Origin: Vulcanimicrobiota bacterium
GTDB taxonomy: Bacteria > Vulcanimicrobiota > Vulcanimicrobiia > Vulcanimicrobiales > Vulcanimicrobiaceae
Direction of reading: 5' to 3'
DNA: 64,000 nt
Assembly (NCBI GenBank): GCA_963777315.1
Contig: CAVZQC010000002.1
Span: 288,001 to 352,000, forward strand
The position numbers were made by a program, and so were the translations under genes. The notes beneath the pieces were generated by a model. The model was not told the DNA's origin and made no database searches. It worked only from the letters and a program-made list of their open reading frames with translations. Of this stretch, positions 37,754-47,264 are shown in pieces. Numbering within the stretch: the stretch's first letter is position 1; each line of letters begins with the position of its first letter.

Positions 37754-38407
37754 ATGTCGGAGTTTGTGACCGTATTAGGCGAGCTGGCCGGAATCTGGCG
37801 CTATCCGGTCAAGAGTTTGGCGGCGCAGGCGCTCACGTCCACTATCTTGCAAGCCGACGGTCTTCCGGGCGACCGAACCGGCGCGCTGACGGTGCGTTCC
37901 GGCCACGCGCGCGTGGGCAAACCGTATCGCGGTAAAGAGCACAATCTGCTGCACACCACGAACGACGTGCGCGAGGCCATGCGAATGGGGGCACAGCGCG
38001 GCGTGGAGCTCGCCCCGGTATCGGAACGCGGATCGCGGTATTTTGACGATGCGCCGGTTTCGCTGATTTTTGATCGCTGGATCGCGCAGGTCGAGCGCGC
38101 CCTAGAGATGCCGCTGGATCCGCTACGATGGCGCCCCAATTTCTACGCCCGAGCGGCAAGCAGTTTCGACTTTACCGAATCGCAATTGGTAGGCTGCATC
38201 ATCGAGATCGGTCAAGCGGTGCTGCGCGTGCGCGATACGATCAAACGCTGCGTCACGACGACGTACGACATCGCAACGGGGGAGCAGAACGATGACGTGC
38301 TGCTATACGTTGCGCAATGCCGGGACGGCGTCATGGGGATTTACTGCGACGTGGAATTGGCCGGCAGCGTGCGCGACGGCGACGTTCTGCGTTTGCGCGC
38401 GCGCTGA
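37754..38407 (+). CDS. MOSC domain protein
   Basis: IWRYPVKS, GDR, RWRPN, RCVTT, G.V..GD. Start could be GTG 37766. Confidence 0.85.
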   Translation: MSEFVTVLGELAGIWRYPVKSLAAQALTSTILQADGLPGDRTGALTVRSGHARVGKPYRGKEHNLLHTTNDVREAMRMGAQRGVELAPVSERGSRYFDDAPVSLIFDRWIAQVERALEMPLDPLRWRPNFYARAASSFDFTESQLVGCIIEIGQAVLRVRDTIKRCVTTTYDIATGEQNDDVLLYVAQCRDGVMGIYCDVELAGSVRDGDVLRLRAR

Positions 38408-38730
38408 ACGTCGCGGACCACTTCCTCGAGCGCGTCGATGTAGGCCAGGAACCGGTCGCGGCCCTCACGAGTTATCTGCACGATCGTCTGCGGACGGCCC
38501 TTGCCGGTGATGCGGCGCGTCTGCACGATGCCCAGCTCGGACAGTGCATGCAGATGGCGGTTCAGATTCCCATCGGTGAGATCGCACACTTCCTGCAGCT
38601 GAGTGAACGCGCACCCGTCGGGACTCGCGACGAGCGCGCTGCAGATCGCCAAGCGGCCGCGTTCGTGAAAGACGCGATCGAGCGATCCGTACGCATACGG
38701 CTTGTCGTTTTGCGCCTGCCGCGAGCTCAC
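38341..38730 (-). CDS. Winged-helix transcriptional regulator
   Basis: LDRVFHERGRLAI, LTDGNLNRHL..L, T..GR.RF..Y; GTG start overlaps the upstream stop. Confidence 0.85.
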   Translation of the reverse strand: MSSRQAQNDKPYAYGSLDRVFHERGRLAICSALVASPDGCAFTQLQEVCDLTDGNLNRHLHALSELGIVQTRRITGKGRPQTIVQITREGRDRFLAYIDALEEVVRDVQRARKRRTSPSRTLPANSTSQ

Positions 38731-39332
38731 GGCGAAACCGCCCGTTCGCGCATGACGCGCACGCCTATTGCCACTTGCCCCAAGCCGAATCCGAGGGGCA
38801 GCACCCACCAGCCGAGCGCGATCGAGGCCGGAACGAACAGCAGCCCGATGCCCGCGATCAAGAACGCCGCGGCGATCGGCGCGACGGCGCGCGGGACCAT
38901 GGTGCGCGACGCGAACAGACCCACGCCGTAACAGCCGTACCAAACCGCCGGCAAAAAAGCAAACGATCCCGCGCGCAGCAATGCAACCGACAGCGCCGCG
39001 CCCAAAATCAGCGCAGGCAAAATCGAGAACCCGACGGTCGCGGTCTGCCAGCGATCGCGCGCGGTCGCATCGTTGACGTACCAGTGCGCGATGGCTCCGT
39101 AATTGACCAGCAGCGAGCCCGCGCAGCACGCAAACCAGAGCGCGAAGTACAGATGGCCCGCATGTGCGCTCGTGACGGCGGGAACGAGCACCGCCTGCAG
39201 CACGCCGGCGGCCAGCGCGAAGGCTCCGGACACGATTGCCGCCATTCCCGAATAGCCTTTGAAACGTTGCGCGTGGCCAAGCCGCTCGCGCACTTCGGCA
39301 ATGTCGGCAAGCGCTCGTTCGAGATCCGTCAT
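38727..39332 (-). CDS. Hypothetical membrane protein paired with the winged-helix regulator
   Basis: ALADIAEVR..., about 6 hydrophobic segments, W..YG, GFG..Q; AGGA RBS. Confidence 0.8.
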   Translation of the reverse strand: MTDLERALADIAEVRERLGHAQRFKGYSGMAAIVSGAFALAAGVLQAVLVPAVTSAHAGHLYFALWFACCAGSLLVNYGAIAHWYVNDATARDRWQTATVGFSILPALILGAALSVALLRAGSFAFLPAVWYGCYGVGLFASRTMVPRAVAPIAAAFLIAGIGLLFVPASIALGWWVLPLGFGLGQVAIGVRVMRERAVSP

Positions 39333-39378
39333 ACCGTCCTAACTTTGTACCACAAAGCGCACGCCGCGTGCAACGCCG

Positions 39379-39987
39379 TCAGAGCGCACGGCGTCCCTCG
39401 ATCGCGCGCGCGAGCGTAACTTCGTCCGCATAATCCAGATCGCCGCCGATGGGCAATCCGTAAGCCAGCCGGGTGACGCTAACGCCCAGCGGTGAGAGCA
39501 AACGCGAAAGATAGTGCGCGGTTGCTTCACCTTCGGCGTTGGGATTCGTCGCAATGATGATCTCGCTCGGACGTTCGGCGCCGATTCGTTCGACGAGTTC
39601 TTTGACGCGCAGCTGCGCGGGGCCGATGCCGTCCATGGGCGAGATCACGCCGCCCAACACGTGATAGCGGCCCTTGAACGCCAGCGTGCGTTCGAGCGCG
39701 AAGATGTCCTTGGCTTCGGCCACCACGCAGATCATGCTCGCGTCGCGCCGCTCGTCGGCGCAGATATCGCAGCGATCTTCCTGCGCGATGGAAAAGCACA
39801 CCGAGCACAAACGCACGCGATCCTTGACGGCCAAGATCGCTTCGGCGAGCGACTGGGCTTCGTGCCTGGGCCGGTTGAGCAAATAAAAAACCAGCCGCGC
39901 GGCGGTTTTGGGACCCACCGTCGGCAGTTTGCTGAATTCGTTTATCAGGCTTTGAACCGGACCTGCCGGCGCACCGGAATCGGCCAA
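39379..39987 (-). CDS. recR: Recombination mediator RecR
   Basis: LPTVGPKTAARL, CSVC..CDIC zinc finger, YHVLGG.ISPMDG, EGEATA. TTG start at 39987 inferred. Confidence 0.95.
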   Translation of the reverse strand: MADSGAPAGPVQSLINEFSKLPTVGPKTAARLVFYLLNRPRHEAQSLAEAILAVKDRVRLCSVCFSIAQEDRCDICADERRDASMICVVAEAKDIFALERTLAFKGRYHVLGGVISPMDGIGPAQLRVKELVERIGAERPSEIIIATNPNAEGEATAHYLSRLLSPLGVSVTRLAYGLPIGGDLDYADEVTLARAIEGRRAL

Positions 39988-39995
39988 TGGGAAGG

Positions 39996-40304
39996 CTACG
40001 TCAGGCCGGGAATCTTCATCCCGCCGGTCAGCCGTCCCATCCGGCTCTGCGTGGTCTCCTCGACCTTCTTGAGCGCATCGTTGATCGCAACCACGAGCAG
40101 ATCTTCGAGCGTCTCGATGTCGTCCGGATCGACGGCATCTTGGGCGAGTTTGATCGACTTGACGCGATGATCGCAAGTCATCTCCACCTTCACGCTCTCG
40201 CCGGCGGCAGCGCCGGTAACGGCGGTACCGGCCAGTTCGTCCTGCGCCTTTGCCATCTCTTGCTGCATCTTGCGCATCTGCGCCATGAGCTGCGCTTGAT
40301 TCAT
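39996..40304 (-). CDS. ybaB: YbaB/EbfC nucleoid-associated protein
   Basis: MQQEMAKAQ, DPDDIETLEDL..AINDA; lies between dnaX and recR. Confidence 0.93.
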   Translation of the reverse strand: MNQAQLMAQMRKMQQEMAKAQDELAGTAVTGAAAGESVKVEMTCDHRVKSIKLAQDAVDPDDIETLEDLLVVAINDALKKVEETTQSRMGRLTGGMKIPGLT

Positions 40305-40319
40305 GCCGGTCGCGTCATC

Positions 40320-41957
40320 TCACTTGATCCGTTCGTTCAGATACGAGAGCAATTCGCCGGGGTCGTCATTCGACGTTCGGCGCGTCACTTCTCCCCCGTC
40401 GTGCAAGCTCGCCGGCGAGCGCGCTGCACTGCCGCCTTTGGCGCGCGGCGAGGACATGCCGGGCGCAAATTTCACTTGCAGCTCTACGCCGAGCGCCTCG
40501 TGGATTGCCGCCCGGACGAGCTGCGCGTTGTCTTTGAGTACCGACGCGGAAAGCTCGCCCGGCACCTTGACGATCAGTGTGCCGCCCTCCAGCGCGTCGG
40601 GCATCGCCCGGCGTAGTTCGCCGCGCAGCGACTGTTTGGAACTCTCGACCTTCATGAGGATCGATTCCCATGCCGCCTTCACGCGCTGAATCGTAACCGC
40701 GCCGCCGGCGACGGCATCCTGAGCGGGGGCGACTTCCGGCTGCGCCGGTTCGCGTGCGATCGGAGCGCGCTCGCCAGGTTCGGGTGCAGGTCGCGGCGCG
40801 GCCGCGCGCGGACGACCGGATCCGGACAGGCCCTCCTCGAGCGAACTCACTCGCGCGCTCAATGCGTCGAGCGTGGGATCCTCGTCGGCGAGTACGTAGC
40901 GCAGCATCGCGGTTTCCAGTTCGAGCCTGGGGTGTCCGGAGGAACGCGCAGTTGCGAGGGCCTCGACGAGCAAGCGCAATGCGCGCACGATCTGCGCCTG
41001 CCCAAGCTGCTTGCCCAGCTCGCCGGCACGCTGCGCGTCCGCCGGCGCAAGATCGCGTGCGAGAAGGTTGCCGTCGATTCGCCCAACCAGCAGATTGCGG
41101 AAGTCGCCGATCAAACTGCGTAAGAGCACCGTCATGTCGGTACCGGCGTCGCTGGCATCCTCGATCGTCGCCAAAACGCCCGCGGCGTCGCGCGCGATCA
41201 GGCGCTCCATCAGCACGCCCGAATAGTTGCGACCCGTTGCACCGAACGCCAGATCGATCGTCTGCGTGGTTATCGTGCCGTCGGCGAATGCGGCGGCTTG
41301 CTCGAGCATCGTCAAGGCATCCCGCAGCCCTCCGTCCGCGCGGTACGCAATCGCCGAAAGCGCGGCATCGTCGATGCCGATGTTTTCGGCCGCGGCGATC
41401 TCGCGCATTCGTTCGATCATCACCGGAATGGCGATGCGGCGGAAAGCGTACCGCTGGCAGCGCGAGAGAATCGTGACGGGCAGCTTCTCGGGCTCGGTCG
41501 TAGCCAGAATGAAGACCGCATGCGGGGGAGGCTCCTCGAGCGTTTTGAGAAACGCGTTGGCGGCCGGCCCGGTGATCATGTGCGCCTCGTCGATGATGTA
41601 CACTTTCATGCGCATCGTCGCCGGCGTGAACTTGACCGCGTCGCGCAGCGCGCGAATTTCGTCGATGCCGCGGTAGCTGGCCGCATCGATCTCGAGCACG
41701 TCCAATGCCGTGCCGTCGAGAATGGCGCGGCAATGCTCGCACGTGTTGTCGGGCGAGGCGGTCGGACCGTTGACGCAGTCGATGCAGCGCGCCATGATTT
41801 TTGCGGCGGACGTTTTGCCCGAGCCGCGCGGTCCGGAAAAGAGGTACGCGTGCGCGAGTTTACCGGATTCCAGGGCACTCGTAAGCGTTCGCACGACCAC
41901 GTCCTGGCCCACCAGTTCGGCAAAGGTCTTGGGGCGCCAGGTTCGATAGAGAGACAC
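40320..41957 (-). CDS. dnaX: DNA polymerase III subunit gamma/tau
   Basis: SLYRTWRP.TF..VGQ, GPRGSGKT, IIDEAHM, TILSRCQ; GTG start at 41957. Confidence 0.95.
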   Translation of the reverse strand: MSLYRTWRPKTFAELVGQDVVVRTLTSALESGKLAHAYLFSGPRGSGKTSAAKIMARCIDCVNGPTASPDNTCEHCRAILDGTALDVLEIDAASYRGIDEIRALRDAVKFTPATMRMKVYIIDEAHMITGPAANAFLKTLEEPPPHAVFILATTEPEKLPVTILSRCQRYAFRRIAIPVMIERMREIAAAENIGIDDAALSAIAYRADGGLRDALTMLEQAAAFADGTITTQTIDLAFGATGRNYSGVLMERLIARDAAGVLATIEDASDAGTDMTVLLRSLIGDFRNLLVGRIDGNLLARDLAPADAQRAGELGKQLGQAQIVRALRLLVEALATARSSGHPRLELETAMLRYVLADEDPTLDALSARVSSLEEGLSGSGRPRAAAPRPAPEPGERAPIAREPAQPEVAPAQDAVAGGAVTIQRVKAAWESILMKVESSKQSLRGELRRAMPDALEGGTLIVKVPGELSASVLKDNAQLVRAAIHEALGVELQVKFAPGMSSPRAKGGSAARSPASLHDGGEVTRRTSNDDPGELLSYLNERIK

Positions 41958-42089
41958 TCCCGGTAGTACTTTTCGGTGTTTCGGCGCGCCTGCCGAAGGG
42001 TATAGTGATTGCATCGCCGCGCTTTGATTTTGTTAAACAAAGGGCCGACCGTGTACGTCCCCCGGGGACGACTGTACGAGGATAACGCC

Positions 42090-43736
42090 GTGAATCTGCG
42101 GACTGCGCTTCGAGAGAAGTTCGGTTTCGAATCATTCCAACCAGGCCAGGAAGAAGTCGTCACGCGCGTCGTCAACGGACAGGACACCCTGGCAATCCTG
42201 GCCACCGGCGCAGGGAAGAGCCTGACCTATCAGCTGCCCGCCTTGCTGCTGGCCGGAACCACGCTCGTTGTCAGCCCGCTCATAGCGCTGATGAAAGATC
42301 AAATCGACATGCTCAGCGAGCTGGGCATCATGGACGTGGTTGCGCTCAACTCCACGCTGTCGGAAGATCAGGAAGCCGCCGCGCTCGAGCGAATCCGCAC
42401 GCGCAGCATCAAAATCGTCTTCGTGACCCCCGAAAAACTCGAGGACGAAACGTTCATGTCGCTGCTGCAGTCGATCGACGTACCGCTGTTCGTGGTCGAC
42501 GAAGCGCACTGCATCAGTCAATGGGGACACGACTTTCGCCCCGCGTACTTGGCGCTCGGGCACGTGATTGCGCGGCTGGGCCATCCCACGGTGCTCGCGC
42601 TGACGGCAACCGCGACGCCCGCGGTGCGTGAAGACATCCTGCATCAGCTCGGCATCCCCAACGTCAAGCCCATCGTCAAAGGCTTCGACCGGCCGAATCT
42701 CATCTACGACGTGCGCCGCGCCGAAAAAGAAGCCGACAAGTTCAAGATCCTGCGCAACCTGTTTTTCGGCAACGAGCTCGAAGGAACCGGGATCATCTAC
42801 ACGGCGACGATCAAGAACGCGCTCGAAGTGCAGAAGTACTTGCAGGACCAGCTCGACATTCCCGCCGCCGTATACCACTCGAAGCTGCAAAAACAAGATC
42901 GCACCGCGGTGCACGAACTGTTCATGGACGAGCACATTCGCGCAGTCGTTGCGACCAACGCCTTCGGCCTCGGCATCGACAAGCCGAACATCCGGTTCAT
43001 CGTGCATTACGATTTGCCGGGCTCGGTCGAAGCGTATACGCAGGAAGCTGGCCGGTCGGGGCGCGACGGTTTGCCCTCGCGCTGCACGCTGATCTACCGC
43101 ATGAGCGATACGCGCGTGCAAAACTATTTTCTCACCGGCAAATATCCCGACATCGAGGAGGTGCAAAAAGTCTTCGGCACGCTCGAGATCTTCGGCGCGC
43201 AAGAGGGCGGCGTCTCGATGACCGACCTGCGCAAGATTCTGCAGCTGCCCCTGACCAAGCTCAAAGTGATTCTCGCCCTGCTCAAAAAGGGCGGGTTCAT
43301 CGAAATGCCGGCCCGCTCGAAGTACTGTTTGACCGATGCAGCGCGCAAGAACCGAGACTTGGTACTCAATCTGGCGAGCTACGAAACCAAGAAGTCGTAC
43401 GATCAAAGCAAACTCGCGATGATGCTGCAGTACGCCGAGAACACGTCGTGCCGCAGGCGCTTCATCCTCAATTACTTCGGCGAGGACTACGAGGCCGCCA
43501 GTTGCGGCGCATGCGACAACTGCGTGCGCGCCGACAACGCGCCGCCGTCGCTGGTGCCTGCGGAAGCCGCCGCAGTTTCGGGCTACCGCATCTCGGACGT
43601 CGTCTTTCATCCCAAGTTCGGACAGGGCACCGTGGAGCGCGCCGAAAAAGACTTGGTTACCGTGCTGTTTCCGAGTGTCGGCTATAAAACGCTGCTCGCC
43701 TCCGCCGTGAGCCGCAACGAAGCCAAAATCGCCTAG
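42090..43736 (+). CDS. recQ: RecQ family DNA helicase with a C-terminal Tudor-like domain in place of HRDC
   Basis: TGAGKS, DEAHCISQWGHDFRP, TATAT, QEAGRSGRDG, CRR...CGACDNC; C-terminal HPKFGQG.V..VTVLF..GYKTL. Confidence 0.92.
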   Translation: MNLRTALREKFGFESFQPGQEEVVTRVVNGQDTLAILATGAGKSLTYQLPALLLAGTTLVVSPLIALMKDQIDMLSELGIMDVVALNSTLSEDQEAAALERIRTRSIKIVFVTPEKLEDETFMSLLQSIDVPLFVVDEAHCISQWGHDFRPAYLALGHVIARLGHPTVLALTATATPAVREDILHQLGIPNVKPIVKGFDRPNLIYDVRRAEKEADKFKILRNLFFGNELEGTGIIYTATIKNALEVQKYLQDQLDIPAAVYHSKLQKQDRTAVHELFMDEHIRAVVATNAFGLGIDKPNIRFIVHYDLPGSVEAYTQEAGRSGRDGLPSRCTLIYRMSDTRVQNYFLTGKYPDIEEVQKVFGTLEIFGAQEGGVSMTDLRKILQLPLTKLKVILALLKKGGFIEMPARSKYCLTDAARKNRDLVLNLASYETKKSYDQSKLAMMLQYAENTSCRRRFILNYFGEDYEAASCGACDNCVRADNAPPSLVPAEAAAVSGYRISDVVFHPKFGQGTVERAEKDLVTVLFPSVGYKTLLASAVSRNEAKIA

Positions 43737-43739
43737 CGG

Positions 43740-45416
43740 GTGAAGTTTTCGCCCTTCGGGACCGCCGCTTTCACGGCGGGTTGCCTGCTCGTTTCGTTTG
43801 CAAGCTCGCGCGCGCAATCGAATCCGCCTGCGCCGATCTTCACCAATCCGCCGGTTACGCCGACGCCGGCAGCATCGCAGCCGCCGGGCGCGCTTCCCAC
43901 GCCGATCGTCGTGCCTACCCCGGCTGCCTCGAGTTCCCCCACGCCGTCACCGACGCCGACTCAGCCGCCGATCGTCGTGCAGCCGCAAGCCGCGCAAGTG
44001 CCGGTGGGCGACACGCAAACGCTTCGCGTGAGTTCGGTGCTGGGTACCATAGGCGTGAGCGTCGGCAACCCGGCTCTGCTCGCCGCAAGCGTGGACCAAA
44101 GCGCCCAGACCGTGACGCTGACGGGAAAGGCGCCCGGCGCAACGGGGATCGTCATTTCGGATTCGCGCGGCATGACGGTAAGCGTACCGGTGCGCGTGGC
44201 ATATTACGCCGGAAGCATCGCGACGGCGGCGTCGGTGCGGATCACCGGCGATCCCGCAAGCGCGACGTTCGTCAAGCGCGCCGCTCTGGATGCCGCGCTC
44301 GCGCTGGTGCAAAAGCGCTCGGGGACGCAGGTAGCGGCGAGCACCGACGATATCGCCTATACCGCTGCGCTGGCGCAGGATGACGTCGCTACGATCGCCG
44401 TTCCCATGCTCATCCAAGGCGAACAGTACTTTACCGTCCAGGGCAGCACGCGCGTGCGCGTGGAAAACATGGCGGCCCCGAAGATCGTTCCCGATTCCCT
44501 CATGGTAAGCGACTATCCGGAAACGTTGACCGAAAACGGCGTACTCTTCACCGCCGATCTCAAGCGCGCGCAGCCGTCTCGCTTTCTGTATTTCCACTAC
44601 AACCCGCCCGGCCAGCCCGATCGCCGCGTCGTCCTGCGCGCGCACAATCTTTCGCCCGAACCGGCGATCGTGCAATTCATCAGCGGCTCGAATGCCAGCC
44701 CGAACGAGATGGCCGCAGGACACGAGGCGACGTACCGATTCCTCAAGCACCTTGTGCAAAACGAAGGGCAAGTCATCGTCATTCCGGGCAGCGGCACGCT
44801 CAACGTCGTGGAGCAGCTTCTGCCGGCAAAGACGATCGTCTGCAATCTGCTGCAGCTGCGCGTGCTCAACGGCAGCACGGTGCACCTCACGCTGTTCGCC
44901 CAGGATGCGAGCAGCTCGCCGGACGAGTCCCTGGCCAGCACCGAGCTGCTTTCCGGAGCCCATCCCCACGCTCGAGGGATCTACAGCATTCCCGAATTCC
45001 ATTACAGCGTGCTCTGGAACGTCGACGACGCCTATTTGGAGCTGCCGATCGGTCAGATCCCCTTGCCCAATTCCATCAAAGGGGAGGCACTTTCGGGCGA
45101 TTACGGCGTACTGCAATCGTTCGTGATCAAAGTGCAGAATCCAACCGCGCAGCCGCAGCCTATTGCCGTCTACGAGAACCCGCGAGGCGGCCGCGCAACC
45201 GGCACGTACCTTATCGACGGCGTGCTCATTCAATCCCATCAGGTGCCGCCGTTCTCGCGGTACAAGGTGCGGCAATACGTCGTTCCGGCGCGCGGTTTCG
45301 TTCGCGTAACGATCGAAACGATTCCCGACAGCGGTTCGAGCTATCCGCTGCGGTTGATTTTCGCGCCCGACGACGGCAGCGTTCCGCCGGGAGCGCCCGG
45401 TTCACCGGTGTACTAA
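43740..45416 (+). CDS. Exported hypothetical protein (Pro-rich linker, Ig-like/pilus N-terminal-type module, uncharacterised beta-rich C-terminus)
   Basis: Signal peptide, P/T-rich tract, VTLTGKAPGATGIVISD Ig-like segment, SDYPE and GDYGV motifs. Confidence 0.65.
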   Translation: MKFSPFGTAAFTAGCLLVSFASSRAQSNPPAPIFTNPPVTPTPAASQPPGALPTPIVVPTPAASSSPTPSPTPTQPPIVVQPQAAQVPVGDTQTLRVSSVLGTIGVSVGNPALLAASVDQSAQTVTLTGKAPGATGIVISDSRGMTVSVPVRVAYYAGSIATAASVRITGDPASATFVKRAALDAALALVQKRSGTQVAASTDDIAYTAALAQDDVATIAVPMLIQGEQYFTVQGSTRVRVENMAAPKIVPDSLMVSDYPETLTENGVLFTADLKRAQPSRFLYFHYNPPGQPDRRVVLRAHNLSPEPAIVQFISGSNASPNEMAAGHEATYRFLKHLVQNEGQVIVIPGSGTLNVVEQLLPAKTIVCNLLQLRVLNGSTVHLTLFAQDASSSPDESLASTELLSGAHPHARGIYSIPEFHYSVLWNVDDAYLELPIGQIPLPNSIKGEALSGDYGVLQSFVIKVQNPTAQPQPIAVYENPRGGRATGTYLIDGVLIQSHQVPPFSRYKVRQYVVPARGFVRVTIETIPDSGSSYPLRLIFAPDDGSVPPGAPGSPVY

Positions 45417-46432
45417 GCGCGCACGGCCAGTTCGTACAGGTCCATTGCGGCACGCGCGCTTGCGTCCCACGAAAACCGCGCGACGGCGCGTTCGCGGCGC
45501 TCTGCCGCATGCGCGTTTGCGCTCTCCGGATCATTAAGGATCGCACGGACGCGCTCGATCCAATCGTCGTGGGCGTCGACGCGCGCAATGAACGCATCCG
45601 CGCCGGCCACTTCCGGAAGACTGGAGGCATCCGACACCACCAGCGGCACTCCCGCGCACAGTGCCTGCGCAGCTGCATAGCCGAATCCTTCGTATCGCGA
45701 CGGCACTGCCACCAGCGCGCAGCCGGCGTACAACTCCAGCAGCTGCGCGCGCTCGACGTATCCGCGCAGCTGCACGCGGTCGGCCACGCGCAGCTGCTCT
45801 GCAAGCCGTTCGCAGTGCCCGCGATACGGCGTGAAGGGACCTACGGCGATCAAACGCGCTTCCGGCAGCGCGGGCAGCGCGCGAATCAGCACTTCGAGGT
45901 TTTTTCGCCGCTCGACCGTGCCCGGCACCAAAATCGTGCAGCCGTCGCCGGCGCGCCGTATTCGGGCGAAGTCCGCCGCGACGCCCGGATACACCACGCG
46001 CACGCGCTCGGCCGGCACGTCGAGCACGTCCAGCAGCTCCCCGCGCGAAAACTCGGAGTCGACCGCGATGGCGGCCGCGCGTTTGTAGCGTCCCAGAGCG
46101 AAGCTGCCAAAATAATAGCGGGCATACGCGCGCGCGTGATGCTGCACTTTCAGCCAGGCAACGTCGTGCACCGTAACCACGGCGGGCAGCGGCAAGTACA
46201 GCGGCATCGTGCCGGACGCGCAATGCAGCAGATCCGCGCCGCGCGCGCGTGCCGGCAGAACGACTTGATCCCACAGCACGCGCCGGTCGAATCGCCATGG
46301 GTCGAGCCGGGGTTCCAGCAAATCCACAACGCTCACGCCGCAGCCGCGCAACGCGCCGGACAAACCGCGAACGTACTCACCGATGCCGGTCGCCGTCCCC
46401 AGCGACAGCTGCGCGTCGAGCGCGACTATCAT
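45413..46432 (-). CDS. GT4 family glycosyltransferase
   Basis: TGIGEY, VVTVHD, GTVERRKN, PSRYEGFG, SLPEV, FSW. Confidence 0.92.
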   Translation of the reverse strand: MIVALDAQLSLGTATGIGEYVRGLSGALRGCGVSVVDLLEPRLDPWRFDRRVLWDQVVLPARARGADLLHCASGTMPLYLPLPAVVTVHDVAWLKVQHHARAYARYYFGSFALGRYKRAAAIAVDSEFSRGELLDVLDVPAERVRVVYPGVAADFARIRRAGDGCTILVPGTVERRKNLEVLIRALPALPEARLIAVGPFTPYRGHCERLAEQLRVADRVQLRGYVERAQLLELYAGCALVAVPSRYEGFGYAAAQALCAGVPLVVSDASSLPEVAGADAFIARVDAHDDWIERVRAILNDPESANAHAAERRERAVARFSWDASARAAMDLYELAVRA

Positions 46433-47232
46433 TGCAGCTGCGCTTGCAGCGTTTTCAACGGGCTGGAGTTTGGGTCGAGCGCGCGGCTGCGCGCTGCATA
46501 CGCGGCGGCGGAAGCGCGATCGCCAAGCGCGAGCGCCACCATTCCGGCGCCCGCATACGCGTCGGCGTTTGCGGGATCGACGCCGATCGCGCGGGCAAAA
46601 AAGCCGCGGGCCTCGAGCAGAGCGTTGATATCGTAAGCTTGAAATCCCGCGGCGATCAGATATTTTCCGGAGATCGGCGAGAGCGCAACGGCCTGCCGAT
46701 AATTCTCCAACGCGACGCGCAAACGGTTTTGGCGCGCGGCCAGAACGCCCAGGCGCCAGTATGCCTCGGCGACCGCATCGGGATGCGTGCCGCTGCGTTC
46801 GAGCCGCAACTTGAGCTGCTCTTCCAATGCGTACCCTGCGCCGGGGTTACGCCGTGCAAGGCGTTCGACCTCGCCTTCGATGGCAAACACGTCGCCCGCT
46901 CGGAGAAAGTACGCCTGCGCTTTGCCGTGATCTCCGCGCGCGAGCGCAATGCGCCCCAGCAGTTCGTTTCTATTCGCCGACTCCGGCAATCGCGCCGCAT
47001 ACCGCCGCGCGGCTCCCAGATTGTGGGCCGCCAGCGCGGCACGGGCGAGCATATCGTCGACGTACGGCGCGGGCGCGACGCGCGCAACGCCTCGGTAAAT
47101 CGCAGCGCCCAGGTTCGGCGCAACGTGTGCGGGCAATGCATAGGGACTGCCGGCGCCGGCAAAAATCGCGTCGGATGCCAGCTGCACGGCGCCAAGCGCA
47201 ACCGCCAGCGCAAATGCAACGCCCGCGAGCAC
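46429..47232 (-). CDS. Membrane-anchored TPR protein
   Basis: N-terminal hydrophobic helix; TPR-like repeats (AEAYWRLG, YRQAVALSP, ARAIGVDPANADAY). Confidence 0.7.
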   Translation of the reverse strand: MLAGVAFALAVALGAVQLASDAIFAGAGSPYALPAHVAPNLGAAIYRGVARVAPAPYVDDMLARAALAAHNLGAARRYAARLPESANRNELLGRIALARGDHGKAQAYFLRAGDVFAIEGEVERLARRNPGAGYALEEQLKLRLERSGTHPDAVAEAYWRLGVLAARQNRLRVALENYRQAVALSPISGKYLIAAGFQAYDINALLEARGFFARAIGVDPANADAYAGAGMVALALGDRASAAAYAARSRALDPNSSPLKTLQAQLQ

Positions 47233-47264
47233 GCCGATAACGCCGGCGCGCCGGGGCGCTTGGA

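Noticed and set aside
38341..38407. 67-nt convergent overlap of the MOSC and winged-helix genes as an antisense control element
   Set aside because: The overlap involves only a non-conserved-looking C-terminal tail; such overlaps are common in compact GC-rich genomes.
41958..42089. SRP RNA or tRNA, often found upstream of dnaX
   Set aside because: No SRP domain IV or cloverleaf pattern; only a short hairpin (CGTCCC/GGGACG) in a divergent promoter region.
42132..43817. Long antisense and alternative-frame ORFs (e.g. 42132-43817, 1913-3202, 27875-29221, 57695-59152)
   Set aside because: They shadow well-supported genes, lack motifs and are expected from high-GC codon bias.
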